This document shows, one piece after another, positions 53,703 through 63,095 of a stretch of DNA of 64,000 bases. The notes under the pieces are model-generated. The model was not told where the DNA came from and made no database searches. It was given only the letters and a program-made list of their open reading frames with translations. The DNA lies in assembly GCA_030373045.1 (NCBI GenBank), contig JAUCPW010000002.1, forward strand, positions 16,985-80,984, given 5' to 3'. A program made the position numbers and the translations under genes. This DNA comes from Candidatus Fermentibacter sp. GTDB taxonomy: Bacteria > Fermentibacterota > Fermentibacteria > Fermentibacterales > Fermentibacteraceae. The first letter of the stretch is position 1; every line of letters starts with the position of its first letter.

Positions 53703-55016
53703 ATGAAAATCGCACCGGTGCTCTGCCTCGCGGTCGCGTCGATTGCGTCGTCCGCGGCATACTCCCTCAGGACCCTCGACAACGGCCTGACGGTGATCGT
53801 CTCGCGCGACGACTCTGCGCCGGTGGTGACGATCTGCATCGCGGTGAAGACCGGCTCCACCTGCCAGACCGAGGCGGACTGCGGCCTGGCCCACTTCTAC
53901 GAGCACATGTTCTTCAAGGGCAACGCCCTGATACCCGACCAGACAGCGTACAACGCCCGCATGGGCGAACTGGGGATCGTCCAGAACGGGTCCACATCCG
54001 ACGAGATCGTCAGGTACCACGTCACGCTCCCGTCCGAGCGCCTTTCCGAGGGGCTCGAGTTCATGTACTACGCCATCGCGACACCCCTCTTCGACGAGGA
54101 CGAGATGGCTGTCGAGCGAAGCGTCATCCTCAACGAGTACCAGCGCGACACGACGCACCCGTACTGGGACTACTGGAAGGCCAGGGAGGCCGTGCTGCAC
54201 CCCTCGGCGCCCTGGAGGGCCAACAGCATAGGGCTGCCCGAGGTGATCACGAGCGCCGACCGCAGCGTGATGGATGCCTTCCGGGCGACCTACTACACGC
54301 CCGACAACTGCGTTCTCATCATCGCGGGCAGCGTCGACGAGGACAGCGCCTTCGCCCTGGCGGAGCGCTGGATGTCCGCCTGGGAGTACGGCGGGAGGAG
54401 CGACTACGACGAGCTCCCGATGCTGGTCGAGATAGCACGTGACACCACCGTGGCCATCCCCTCCATCCCCGGCGTCGAACTCGTGTCCATCGACTACGCC
54501 GGCCCGTCGCTCGTCACCGATCCCTCGGCCACCTACGCGGCCGACGTGTGGGGGACCTGCCTCGAGATGATGAACGGCGAGTTCTACCGCGACCTGGTGA
54601 CGAACGGGCCCTTCATGGACGTATCGGCCGGCTTCTACACGCAGAGGTACGCCCCCGTCATCTCCTTCTCGGGCACGCCGAGGCCCGGCAGGTCGGCCGA
54701 GGCCGTGCAGGCTCTCGAGCAGGAGATCGACCAGCTCCTCTCCCCGTCCTACTACGATGGATACGATCTCCACGCCGCCACCGAGAGCCTCCGGAGGCAC
54801 AGGCTGCTCGCGGAGGAGACATCCTATGACGTGGCCGTCGAGTCCCTGGCTTTCTGGTGGGTGGTCGGCGGAGGGCTCGGATACTACGACACCTATCCCG
54901 ACAGCCTGGCCCTCGTCACGGTCGACGACGTGGCCGCGTTCCTCGATGAATACGTGGCGGGCAGGCCTTCCGTGACCTTCGTCATGTCTCCCGCCGAGGG
55001 GGGTGGTGCCGAGTGA
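53703..55016 (+). CDS. M16-family zinc peptidase (active-type subunit)
   Basis: Signal peptide. GLAHFYEHMFFKG contains the HxxEH zinc motif. Confidence 0.85.
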   Translation: MKIAPVLCLAVASIASSAAYSLRTLDNGLTVIVSRDDSAPVVTICIAVKTGSTCQTEADCGLAHFYEHMFFKGNALIPDQTAYNARMGELGIVQNGSTSDEIVRYHVTLPSERLSEGLEFMYYAIATPLFDEDEMAVERSVILNEYQRDTTHPYWDYWKAREAVLHPSAPWRANSIGLPEVITSADRSVMDAFRATYYTPDNCVLIIAGSVDEDSAFALAERWMSAWEYGGRSDYDELPMLVEIARDTTVAIPSIPGVELVSIDYAGPSLVTDPSATYAADVWGTCLEMMNGEFYRDLVTNGPFMDVSAGFYTQRYAPVISFSGTPRPGRSAEAVQALEQEIDQLLSPSYYDGYDLHAATESLRRHRLLAEETSYDVAVESLAFWWVVGGGLGYYDTYPDSLALVTVDDVAAFLDEYVAGRPSVTFVMSPAEGGGAE

Positions 55017-56320
55017 GGACGATACTTGCCATCCTGCTCGCCGCTTCGGCGGCCTTCGCCTCGGTGCCCTCCGACGTCGTGGAATTCGAGCTCGGGAACG
55101 GCATCCGGGTCATCTCGAGGCAGATGCCGTCCACGAACGAGGGACTCGCCGTCTTCCTCGAGGGCGGTTCGAGGACGCTCGACGAGGGCACCGCCGGGAT
55201 CGAGAACCTCGCGTTCGAAGCCTGCCTGATGGGTTCCTCGCGCTATCCCGGCGAGGCCTGGCGCTCGCTGATGGACGTCACCCAGGCCAGGATCGAGGGC
55301 GTCTACGGGTACGACTTCAGCGCCCTCCGCCTGATGTGCCTGGAGGAGGACCTGCCGGCCCTGCTCGACGCCATGTCCGACTGCCTCATCGACCCCGAGC
55401 TCGAGCCCGGGGCGTTCGAGCGCACCAGGGACGGCCTCCTGCAGGCGCTGCTCGTCGAGGAGAGCGATCCCGACGAGAGGGTCTGGCGGGTGGCCAACGA
55501 GGGCCTCTTCGAGGGCCATCCCTACAGGTTCGACCCCTCGGGGACCGTGGAGACCATGTCGGTCTTCACGGCCGCCGACGTGGAGGCCCGCCTCGAATCG
55601 AGGATCCTCGCCGGGAACATCCTGATCGCGCACGTCGGGCCGACGGGGACCGAGGATCTGAGGGGGATGCTCGAGGGCACCTTCGGGCGGATAGCGCCGG
55701 GAGGCGGCGATCTGACGCCGCCCCCGCCGTTCGCGTTCTCGCGCGACACGGTGGTCTTCCAGCCCGAGTCGACCCTGACGGCCTACATCGTCGGCAAGTT
55801 CCCCGCGCCGGCCCCCTCCGATCCCGACTTTCCGCTGTTCACGGCTGCGATGGACGCCGTAAGCGACCGGTTCTGGCAGGTGCTGCGCACCGAGCGCGGC
55901 CTGACCTACGCACCCTTCGCCGGCGCGGCATCGTCGATGCGCAACTGGGCCTATCTCTATGCGAGCACCCCCGAAGCCGCGGAAGCCTGCTCGCTCATGG
56001 CGGCGATAGTTCTCGACGGCGCGTCGGGGGGCTTCTCGGACGAGAACCTCCAGGGCAGCCTGGAGGTGGCGAGGACGGGCAGGATGATGTCCCTGTCGTC
56101 TCCGTACAACCAGGCCTACATGCTCGGGATGTACCGGATAGAGACGGGCGACTGGCGCAACCTCTGGCTGTACAGCGATATTGCCCGCGACATGGACCCC
56201 GCGATGCTCGGAGAGGTCCTCACGAGATGGCTGGGCCCGATCTCCTGGGGCCTGGTGGGCGATCCGGGGATCTGCGCCCCGGTGACGTCCTCCCCGCCGA
56301 CGATTACGGAGGGAAGATGA
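55013..56320 (+). CDS. M16-family peptidase-like protein (no HxxEH motif)
   Basis: GTGA overlap with the previous gene. Same fold pattern, but the equivalent site reads IENLAFEACLMG. Confidence 0.8.
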   Translation: MRTILAILLAASAAFASVPSDVVEFELGNGIRVISRQMPSTNEGLAVFLEGGSRTLDEGTAGIENLAFEACLMGSSRYPGEAWRSLMDVTQARIEGVYGYDFSALRLMCLEEDLPALLDAMSDCLIDPELEPGAFERTRDGLLQALLVEESDPDERVWRVANEGLFEGHPYRFDPSGTVETMSVFTAADVEARLESRILAGNILIAHVGPTGTEDLRGMLEGTFGRIAPGGGDLTPPPPFAFSRDTVVFQPESTLTAYIVGKFPAPAPSDPDFPLFTAAMDAVSDRFWQVLRTERGLTYAPFAGAASSMRNWAYLYASTPEAAEACSLMAAIVLDGASGGFSDENLQGSLEVARTGRMMSLSSPYNQAYMLGMYRIETGDWRNLWLYSDIARDMDPAMLGEVLTRWLGPISWGLVGDPGICAPVTSSPPTITEGR

Positions 56321-56676
56321 GGACCCTTCTTGCAGCGGCCGCCCTGCTGATCACGGCATCGTGCTCGACCTCGTCCGCGCCCCCGGATCCGGTGACGACC
56401 GGTGACGGGGCAGTGACCCTCTCCGGCACCGTCGAGGTCCTCGCCCCTGGAACCAGGTCCGAGACGATCATCCTCCAGGTCGATACCACCGGCGAGGTGG
56501 TGGCCCTGGTGGGCGAGGAGGCTTCCGGCCTGCGCGGGATGCCCGGCTCGACGATAACCGTGACCGGGTTCTTCACCGAGGCGGGATGGTCGGTCGACCC
56601 CGGCATCAGGAAGCTGGAGGTCACGGACGTGACCGCCGGCGAAGGCCCCGAATCCTCCGACAGGTACGAGGACTGA
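56317..56676 (+). CDS. Small lipoprotein
   Basis: ATGA overlap with the previous gene. Lipobox LITASC. 119 aa. Confidence 0.6.
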   Translation: MRTLLAAAALLITASCSTSSAPPDPVTTGDGAVTLSGTVEVLAPGTRSETIILQVDTTGEVVALVGEEASGLRGMPGSTITVTGFFTEAGWSVDPGIRKLEVTDVTAGEGPESSDRYED

Positions 56677-56732
56677 CTGGCATCGGCACGAGCTGCGAAA
56701 GCGGCCTCCCGGAACGGCATGGAACGGCATAG

Positions 56733-58526
56733 ATGGAAGACCACGAAGAGAAGCGCCCCCGCATCGACCGATCGAGCCTCAAGGCGATAATCCGCCTGCT
56801 GTGGTCCCACAGGAGATCCATAGCCCTCGGCCTTGTCGCGCTCGTCTTCGTCGACGGCCTCCAGCTCGTCATCCCCAAGATCACCCAGCACGTCGTCGAC
56901 GACCTGGCGCAGGGCTCAGCCACGCAGGAGCGGCTGATCCTGGCCGGGATCGCCATCGTGGTGGTCTCCATCCTCATGGGCGGGTGCAGGTTCATCTGGC
57001 GCTACTTCATAATCGGATCGAGCCAGAAGATCGAACGGGACCTCCGGCAGGACCTCTACGACCACCTCCAGAAGCTGTCCCCCCAGTTCTACGACAGGAC
57101 CAAGGTCGGCGACCTGATGGCCCATGCCACGAACGACCTCCAGGCGGTGCGGATGGCCTGCGGCATGGCTACCCTGGCGTCGTTCGACTCGCTGATACTC
57201 GCCATCGCGAGCCTCTCGGTGATGATGGTTATGAACGTCAGGCTGACGCTCCTCACCCTCCTGCCCCTGCCCATCCTCGCGCTCGTGATGTTCCGGTTCG
57301 GCTCGCTGGTGCACAGGCGCTTCATGTCCGTGCAGGAATCCTTCTCCGCACTCACCGAGCGCGTCCAGGAGAGCCTTTCCGGGATCAGGGTGGTGAAGGC
57401 CTACGGCGACGAGGAGTCGGAGCAGAGGTTCTTCGACACCAGGGCGAAGGACTGCGCGGACCAGAACATCAGGCTGGGAATGATCGGCGGCGTGTTCGAC
57501 CCGATGATAGGCGCCCTCGCCATGGCGAGCATGGTGATACTCCTGAGCGAGGGCGGCTCGATGGTCATCTCGGGCGAGGTCTCGCTCGGTGAGTTCGTGG
57601 CCTTCTCGAGCTACCTCCACACCCTGATATGGCCGATGATGGCCGTGGGCTGGGTGGTCAACCTCCTCCAGCGGGGCACCGCCAGCATGGACAGGCTCGA
57701 GAGGATCTTCACCACACCTCCGGACATCGTCGGAGGCCACCGCGAGGCTCCCGCGGACACATCCATCGAGGTCAGGGGCCTGAGCTTCGCGTACCCGGGC
57801 ACCGAAACGCAGGTTCTCGACGATGTCTCCTTCAGCCTTCCCGGCGGTTCGACGCTCGGGATAGTGGGCAGGACGGGATCGGGCAAGACCACCCTCGTCG
57901 AGCTGATGATGCGCCTGTACGACCCGCCGGCGGGCACGATCCTGATAGGCGGGACGGACATCCGCGACATGTCGCTCGAGGCGCTCCGGGGCTTCTTCGG
58001 GTACGTGCCCCAGGAGACCTTCCTCTTCGCCATGAACGTGGCCGACAACATCGCGTTCGGGACCGGCGGGCTCTCCCGCGGGCAGGTCGAGGACCTGGCC
58101 CGGAAGGTCCAGATCCAATCCGAGATAGAGTCCTTCCCCGAAGGCTATGACACCCTCGTGGGCGAGAGGGGCGTGACCCTCTCCGGGGGACAGAAGCAGA
58201 GAGTGGCGATCGCGAGGGCCCTGGCCACCGATCCCTCCATCCTCGTGCTCGACGACGCCCTCTCCAGCGTGGACACCGAGACCGAGGCCGCGATCCTCTC
58301 GACCCTGTCCGAGAGCCTCGGCCAGAGGACCGGCGTCGTGATAGCCCACAGGATAAGCACCGTGAAGAGGGCCGATCTGATCATCGTCCTGGACGGAGGC
58401 AGGCTCGTCGAGTCCGGGACTCACGACGAGCTGCTCGCCCTTGGCGGCATCTACGCTGACCTCCACAGGATGCAGCAGCTCGAGGAGGAAGCCAGGCGCA
58501 CGCCCACCGCGGTTGGGGGCGATTGA
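56733..58526 (+). CDS. ABC exporter, fused permease/ATPase (type I, MdlA/MsbA-like)
   Basis: Six-TM domain. Motifs GRTGSGKTT (Walker A), LSGGQKQR and ILVLDDALS. Confidence 0.9.
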   Translation: MEDHEEKRPRIDRSSLKAIIRLLWSHRRSIALGLVALVFVDGLQLVIPKITQHVVDDLAQGSATQERLILAGIAIVVVSILMGGCRFIWRYFIIGSSQKIERDLRQDLYDHLQKLSPQFYDRTKVGDLMAHATNDLQAVRMACGMATLASFDSLILAIASLSVMMVMNVRLTLLTLLPLPILALVMFRFGSLVHRRFMSVQESFSALTERVQESLSGIRVVKAYGDEESEQRFFDTRAKDCADQNIRLGMIGGVFDPMIGALAMASMVILLSEGGSMVISGEVSLGEFVAFSSYLHTLIWPMMAVGWVVNLLQRGTASMDRLERIFTTPPDIVGGHREAPADTSIEVRGLSFAYPGTETQVLDDVSFSLPGGSTLGIVGRTGSGKTTLVELMMRLYDPPAGTILIGGTDIRDMSLEALRGFFGYVPQETFLFAMNVADNIAFGTGGLSRGQVEDLARKVQIQSEIESFPEGYDTLVGERGVTLSGGQKQRVAIARALATDPSILVLDDALSSVDTETEAAILSTLSESLGQRTGVVIAHRISTVKRADLIIVLDGGRLVESGTHDELLALGGIYADLHRMQQLEEEARRTPTAVGGD

Positions 58527-58640
58527 CGTGAACGGCCATTCCGACTGGGATGCCGATACGGATGTGGAGGAGACCAGGCGCTTCCTGCCCTCCGGGAGGG
58601 GGCGATCGACGTGAACGGCCATTCCGACTGGGATGCAGAT
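58514..58640. repeat. ~40-bp direct repeat pair duplicating the ABC-gene junction
   Basis: GGGGGCGAT(T/C)GACGTGAACGGCCATTCCGACTGGGATGC occurs at 58514 and 58597, 83 bp apart. Confidence 0.85.
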
Positions 58641-60710
58641 CTGATCGAAGGCAAGGCCTACGACGGCAGGCTCGTGAAGAGGCTTCTGGCCTTCGTTAAG
58701 CCCCACCGCTGGCTGGTCGTGCTCGCCTTTCTCTTCATGGTGGTCTCCACCGGGGTCGACCTGATCATCCCCTACATCACGAAGATCGGCATCGACAGGT
58801 ATCTCGCGCGCCTCTACCAGATCTACGAGGGGACCCCCGGCGCATGCGACTCGCTCATGGCGCTGTCCCCCTCCGAGGGCGACTTCGTCAGACTCGACGG
58901 GAACACCGTCCTGGTGCGCAAGGCCTCCCTCGAATCCCTCGACTCTGCCGACAGGGAGGCCCTCGTCGGGGGCGTCGGTCTGGGGACGCAGACCTACTAC
59001 AGGTTCCCGGCAGACGAGGTGCCCGCCGACGTGGCCGACAGGGTGGAGGACGCGGTGGTGGCCGGAGGGGAGTGGCTGGTCCCCGAGGCGGGCATGTCCT
59101 CGGTGCCCCCGGACATCCTGCTGCGCATGAGGGGGGCCGACCGCGACGGCATCAGGCGGCTCGCCCTGACAGCGGCGGTGATAGTGCTCCTGGGCCTCGC
59201 GATAGGGTACGGCCACGCCGTCACCCTCGCCGTTGCCGGCCAGCGGTCGATGTACGACCTCCGCTCGGCGCTCTTCTCGCACATACAGAAGCTCTCCCTC
59301 TCGTTCTTCGACAGGAATGCCGTCGGGAGGCTGGTCACGAGGGTGACGAACGACATCGAGGCCCTGAACGAGATGTTCGCCGCCGTGCTCGTGAACATGT
59401 TCAAGGACATCCTCCTGCTCACCGGCACCGTGGCCATACTCTTCTTCATGAACCCCCGCCTGGCCCTGGTGGCGCTGGCGGTCGCCCCCTTCTTCGCCTT
59501 CGTGTCCATGGTGTTCCGGCGGAAGGTCAGGGGGGCCTTCAGGGACGCCAGGCGCCTGCTGTCCTCCCTCAACTCGAGGCTTGCCGAGGACCTCTCGGGC
59601 ATCAAGGTCGTGCAGATCTTCAGGAGGGAGCCGGCCCGCAGGGAGAGGTACAGCAGGACCAACGAGGACTACTTCGCCGCGAACATGCGGCAGCTCGTGA
59701 TCTTCGGCATCTTCAGGCCGGCCATCGAGATCCTGGCTTCGACAGGCGTCGCGCTCGTGCTGGTCACGGGCGGGGTGAGCGTCCTGGGCGGGGCGCTGAC
59801 CATCGGCGCGCTCGTGGCGTTCGTCAGCTACGTCAGGCAGATGTTCCAGCCCATAGCGGACATGAGCGAGAAGTTCAACATCATGCAGAGCGCGATGGCC
59901 TCGGCGGAGAGGGTGTTCGGCGTCATGGACACGGAGCCCGACGTCACCGACTCTCCCGAAGCCACCGCCCCCGCCGGCATCACCGGGAGAGTGGAGTTCG
60001 ACTCCGTCTCGTTCTCCTATGTCGAGGGCAAGGAGGTGCTCAGGGACGTCTCCTTCAGGGTCGAGCCCGGCAGGAGCGTGGCCATAGTGGGACCCACGGG
60101 GGCTGGCAAAACATCGATCATCAGCCTGCTCTGCAGGTTCTACGATCCGGCATCGGGTTCGGTGAAGGTGGATGGCACTGACATAAGGCGGATGCCCGTG
60201 GCCTCGCTCCGCCGCAACATGGCCATCGTACTCCAGGATGCGTTCATCTTCAGCAGGACGGTCGAGGACAACATCAGGCTGGGTTCGCCCATAGACAGGA
60301 GCTCTGTCGAGCGCGCCGCCGAGATGGTCCAGGCCGACGGCTTCATCGGGAACCTGCCCGGAGGCTACTCGGAGGTCATGGCCGAGAGGGGCGCCACCCT
60401 CTCGACCGGCCAGAAGCAGCTGCTGTGCTTTGCCAGGGCCCTTGCCCACGATCCGAAGATCCTGATCCTCGACGAGGCCACCAGCAGCGTCGATCCGGCC
60501 ACCGAGCAGCTCATCCAGAAGGCTATAGAGACCCTGATGAGGGGCAGGACGAGCATCATCGTGGCGCACAGGCTGAGCACCATACAGAAGGCCGACGAGA
60601 TCCTGGTCATCGACGCCGGCAGGATCGTCGAGCGCGGCAGCCATCAGGAGCTCCTCGCCCGCAGGGGCATCTACTACAACCTGTACCTGCTCCAGTACCG
60701 CAACGGCTGA
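58611..60710 (+). CDS. ABC exporter, fused permease/ATPase, with an insertion of about 110 aa after TM1
   Basis: GTG start. Motifs GPTGAGKTS, LSTGQKQL and ILILDEATS. An extra segment RLYQIYEG...RMRGADRDG lies between TM1 and TM2. Confidence 0.9.
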   Translation: MNGHSDWDADLIEGKAYDGRLVKRLLAFVKPHRWLVVLAFLFMVVSTGVDLIIPYITKIGIDRYLARLYQIYEGTPGACDSLMALSPSEGDFVRLDGNTVLVRKASLESLDSADREALVGGVGLGTQTYYRFPADEVPADVADRVEDAVVAGGEWLVPEAGMSSVPPDILLRMRGADRDGIRRLALTAAVIVLLGLAIGYGHAVTLAVAGQRSMYDLRSALFSHIQKLSLSFFDRNAVGRLVTRVTNDIEALNEMFAAVLVNMFKDILLLTGTVAILFFMNPRLALVALAVAPFFAFVSMVFRRKVRGAFRDARRLLSSLNSRLAEDLSGIKVVQIFRREPARRERYSRTNEDYFAANMRQLVIFGIFRPAIEILASTGVALVLVTGGVSVLGGALTIGALVAFVSYVRQMFQPIADMSEKFNIMQSAMASAERVFGVMDTEPDVTDSPEATAPAGITGRVEFDSVSFSYVEGKEVLRDVSFRVEPGRSVAIVGPTGAGKTSIISLLCRFYDPASGSVKVDGTDIRRMPVASLRRNMAIVLQDAFIFSRTVEDNIRLGSPIDRSSVERAAEMVQADGFIGNLPGGYSEVMAERGATLSTGQKQLLCFARALAHDPKILILDEATSSVDPATEQLIQKAIETLMRGRTSIIVAHRLSTIQKADEILVIDAGRIVERGSHQELLARRGIYYNLYLLQYRNG

Positions 60711-60808
60711 GACCCTCTCCGCTCTGCAGCGCACCATCCCCGGCCGAAGGTAATCCTCCGCAGACCGCCCTCCATTCCCATGCCGCAACGGCTGACGCCT
60801 CCGGGGAT

Positions 60809-60837
60809 TTGACGCCGGTGCCCCCGTGCCGTACCAT
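60809..60837 (+). promoter_or_regulatory. Candidate sigma70-type promoter
   Basis: TTGACG-N17-TACCAT lies upstream of cobO. Confidence 0.3.
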
Positions 60838-60879
60838 ATCCGCAGTGGCCGGAGTCCCGGCCGGGGGGAGGCGGAGCGG

Positions 60880-61401
60880 TTGAAGCAGGGCTTCGTCCAG
60901 ATGTACATAGGCGACGGCAAGGGCAAGACCACGGCCGCCCTCGGGCTCGCAGTAAGAGCGGCATGCGCGTTCCTCCGCGTCGGCATCTACCAGTTCATGA
61001 AGGGCGAACAGACGTCCGAGCTGGCCCTCCCCTGGCGCTTTCCGGGGCTGATCGAGATCCGGCAGCTCGGGCGCCCCGGCTTCCTCGACCCGGGGAAGCC
61101 CGACCCCGAGGACATCGCCCTGGCCAGGGAGGGCCTGGCGATACTCGCGGGCGAGACCTCGTGGGATTTCGACATCGTGATAGCCGACGAGATACTGACC
61201 GCGGTGACGCTCGGCCTGCTGACGGATACCGAGGTCGAGGGGCTTCTTGAGATGCGCCCCGAGGGGACGGAGCTCGTCATGACGGGCAGGTATCCCCGCG
61301 ACGGCCGGCTCACGGGCCTGGCCGACCTGGTCACCGAGATGTGCGAAGTCAAACACTACTGGCGCAACGGAGTCGAGGCCCGCAAGGGCATCGAGTTCTG
61401 A
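60880..61401 (+). CDS. cobO: Cob(I)yrinic acid a,c-diamide adenosyltransferase
   Basis: TTG start after GGAGGCGGAG (an alternative ATG lies at 60826). Motifs YIGDGKGKTTAALG and YQFMKG. Confidence 0.8.
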   Translation: MKQGFVQMYIGDGKGKTTAALGLAVRAACAFLRVGIYQFMKGEQTSELALPWRFPGLIEIRQLGRPGFLDPGKPDPEDIALAREGLAILAGETSWDFDIVIADEILTAVTLGLLTDTEVEGLLEMRPEGTELVMTGRYPRDGRLTGLADLVTEMCEVKHYWRNGVEARKGIEF

Positions 61402-61414
61402 CTGGAGGAATCCG

Positions 61415-61972
61415 ATGACAGGGCTGCTGATCCTGGCCGCACTCTCCCTCGCCGATCCCGGGCGGGGCGACCTGGAACTGGGCTTCGGCGGAGGAGCCTG
61501 GATCCCGACCGGTTCCGACTTCGAAACCGCTCTCTCGGCGGGCCCGATGTTCGAGGCGGCGCTGCAGATCCCCATGGAGCTCAGCTCCTGCATCTGGCTC
61601 CGCACCGGCTACAGGTCCGCCTCCACCGACTCCCCGGCGTGGGACGGCGTCGCCTGCATCCCTCTCCAGATCGGCTACAGGTCGTACCCCTTCTACCATC
61701 GCTACGCCGGGCAGAGGGGCCTGGAACCCTTCGTGGGCATAGGCGCCGGGGGTTTCGTGGCCTGGGACGAGCCGGCCGACGGCGATGAGGACGGGGTGTC
61801 CTCCGGCGGCGGGATCGTCAGCATCGAGCTCGGAACCAGGATCAGGCTCGGCGAGGCGACGTTCATGGACGTCGTGCTGCGCCCCGAGTGGATGCCCTGC
61901 GGCAAGGAGCTGGCGGGGGAGGACGACCTGTCAGGCCTCTCGGCCGTGGCCGTGCTCCACTTCACTCCCTAG
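61415..61972 (+). CDS. Small outer-membrane beta-barrel-like protein
   Basis: Signal-like LLILAALSLA. Alternating-hydrophobicity strands. Terminal ...AVAVLHFTP. Confidence 0.5.
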   Translation: MTGLLILAALSLADPGRGDLELGFGGGAWIPTGSDFETALSAGPMFEAALQIPMELSSCIWLRTGYRSASTDSPAWDGVACIPLQIGYRSYPFYHRYAGQRGLEPFVGIGAGGFVAWDEPADGDEDGVSSGGGIVSIELGTRIRLGEATFMDVVLRPEWMPCGKELAGEDDLSGLSAVAVLHFTP

Positions 61973-62981
61973 GAGCCTCGCTTCCGAGAGAGGCCCCGAG
62001 CTGCCCGCAGGCCCCTCCGGCGGATGAACCGAGCGATTTCCTGACCGTGGCCTCCCGGCCCATCTCCGTCAGGATGTCGAGAAACGCCTTCATGCGCCTC
62101 TCCGGAGGCCTCGAGAAGCCGGTGCCATCGACATCGTTGCAGGGTATGAGGTTGATCTTGCACCATACCCCCCTCGTGAAGTCACCGAGGGCCCTGGCCT
62201 CGTCAGGCGAGTCGTTGATCCCGTCCAGGAGGCAGAACTCGAAGGTCACGGGGCGGTTCTTCGCGGACGAGTAGCCTATCGCGGCCTTCCTCACCTCACG
62301 CAGGCCCCACCGCCTGGCAGCGGGGATGAGCCTGTCCCTCGTCGCCTGCATCGCGCTGTGCAGCGATATCGCCAGCCCCGCCTGCCCGGGATGAGCTGCG
62401 AGCTTCGCCATCCCCTCCGGCACCCCCACGGTCGAGACCGTTACGTGCCTCGTTCCGATCCCGGCTCCGCGAGGGTCCGTGATGATCGTGAGGGAATCGA
62501 GCACCGCCTTCACGTTGAGCAGCGGCTCGCCCATGCCCATGTACACCACGTTCGTCACCCGGCCCTCGGAGAATCTTCTCAGGGCATTGAACTGCCCCGC
62601 TATCTCGCCCGCCGAGAGGTTCCTCCTGAAGCCGGTCCTGCCCGTCATGCAGAAGGCGCAGCCCACCGGGCAGCCCACCTGCGACGAGAGGCATGCGGTG
62701 ATCCTGCCGGGGACGGGCAGCAGCACGCTCTCGATGGAGAGACCGTCGCGCAGCGGGAAGACGAACTTCGAGGCCCCGTCGGGCGAGTCGGCCCTCAGGG
62801 CGGGCTCCGGGCTCCAGATGTAGGCGGCGTCCGACAGCGACGACCTCAGGGTCGAAGGCAGATCGGACATGTCCTGGAAGCTGCCCGAGAGCCTCCTGTG
62901 CACCCAGCCGAAGATCTGTCCGGTCCTCCATGGAGGGAGCCCCAGGTCTCCCAGCCACTCGCCGAGCCCGGCAAAGGTCAT
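61962..62981 (-). CDS. rlmN: 23S rRNA/tRNA adenine C2-methyltransferase RlmN (radical SAM)
   Basis: The start was trimmed to MTFAGLGEW. Motifs SSQVGCPVGCAFCMTG and MGMGEPLLN. The C-terminal GGACGQL contains the conserved catalytic Cys. Confidence 0.9.
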   Translation of the reverse strand: MTFAGLGEWLGDLGLPPWRTGQIFGWVHRRLSGSFQDMSDLPSTLRSSLSDAAYIWSPEPALRADSPDGASKFVFPLRDGLSIESVLLPVPGRITACLSSQVGCPVGCAFCMTGRTGFRRNLSAGEIAGQFNALRRFSEGRVTNVVYMGMGEPLLNVKAVLDSLTIITDPRGAGIGTRHVTVSTVGVPEGMAKLAAHPGQAGLAISLHSAMQATRDRLIPAARRWGLREVRKAAIGYSSAKNRPVTFEFCLLDGINDSPDEARALGDFTRGVWCKINLIPCNDVDGTGFSRPPERRMKAFLDILTEMGREATVRKSLGSSAGGACGQLGASLGSEAPRE

Positions 62982-63095
62982 GCCGCCCGCATCGACTGTC
63001 GGAATGCCGTCCCTGCCGCTGTCTGCCTCGATGGCGCCACCTCTCTCCCTGCTAGATATATTCGTCGTCCAGCACATCCCAACCGGAGGAAGATA

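Noticed and set aside
53562-54800. N-terminal ~410 aa of the 837-aa minus-strand ORF 52287-54800.
   Set aside because: This part is antisense to the M16 peptidase gene, which carries HFYEH. The amidohydrolase homology begins only at MELGPGYV (53561), which has a GGGAGG SD.
56916-60986. 1356-aa ORF on the minus strand spanning both ABC exporter genes.
   Set aside because: It is antisense to genes with unambiguous Walker A/B and ABC-signature motifs. Its translation is Arg/Gly/Pro/His/Asp-rich low complexity with no motifs. It is a typical open antisense frame in high-GC DNA.
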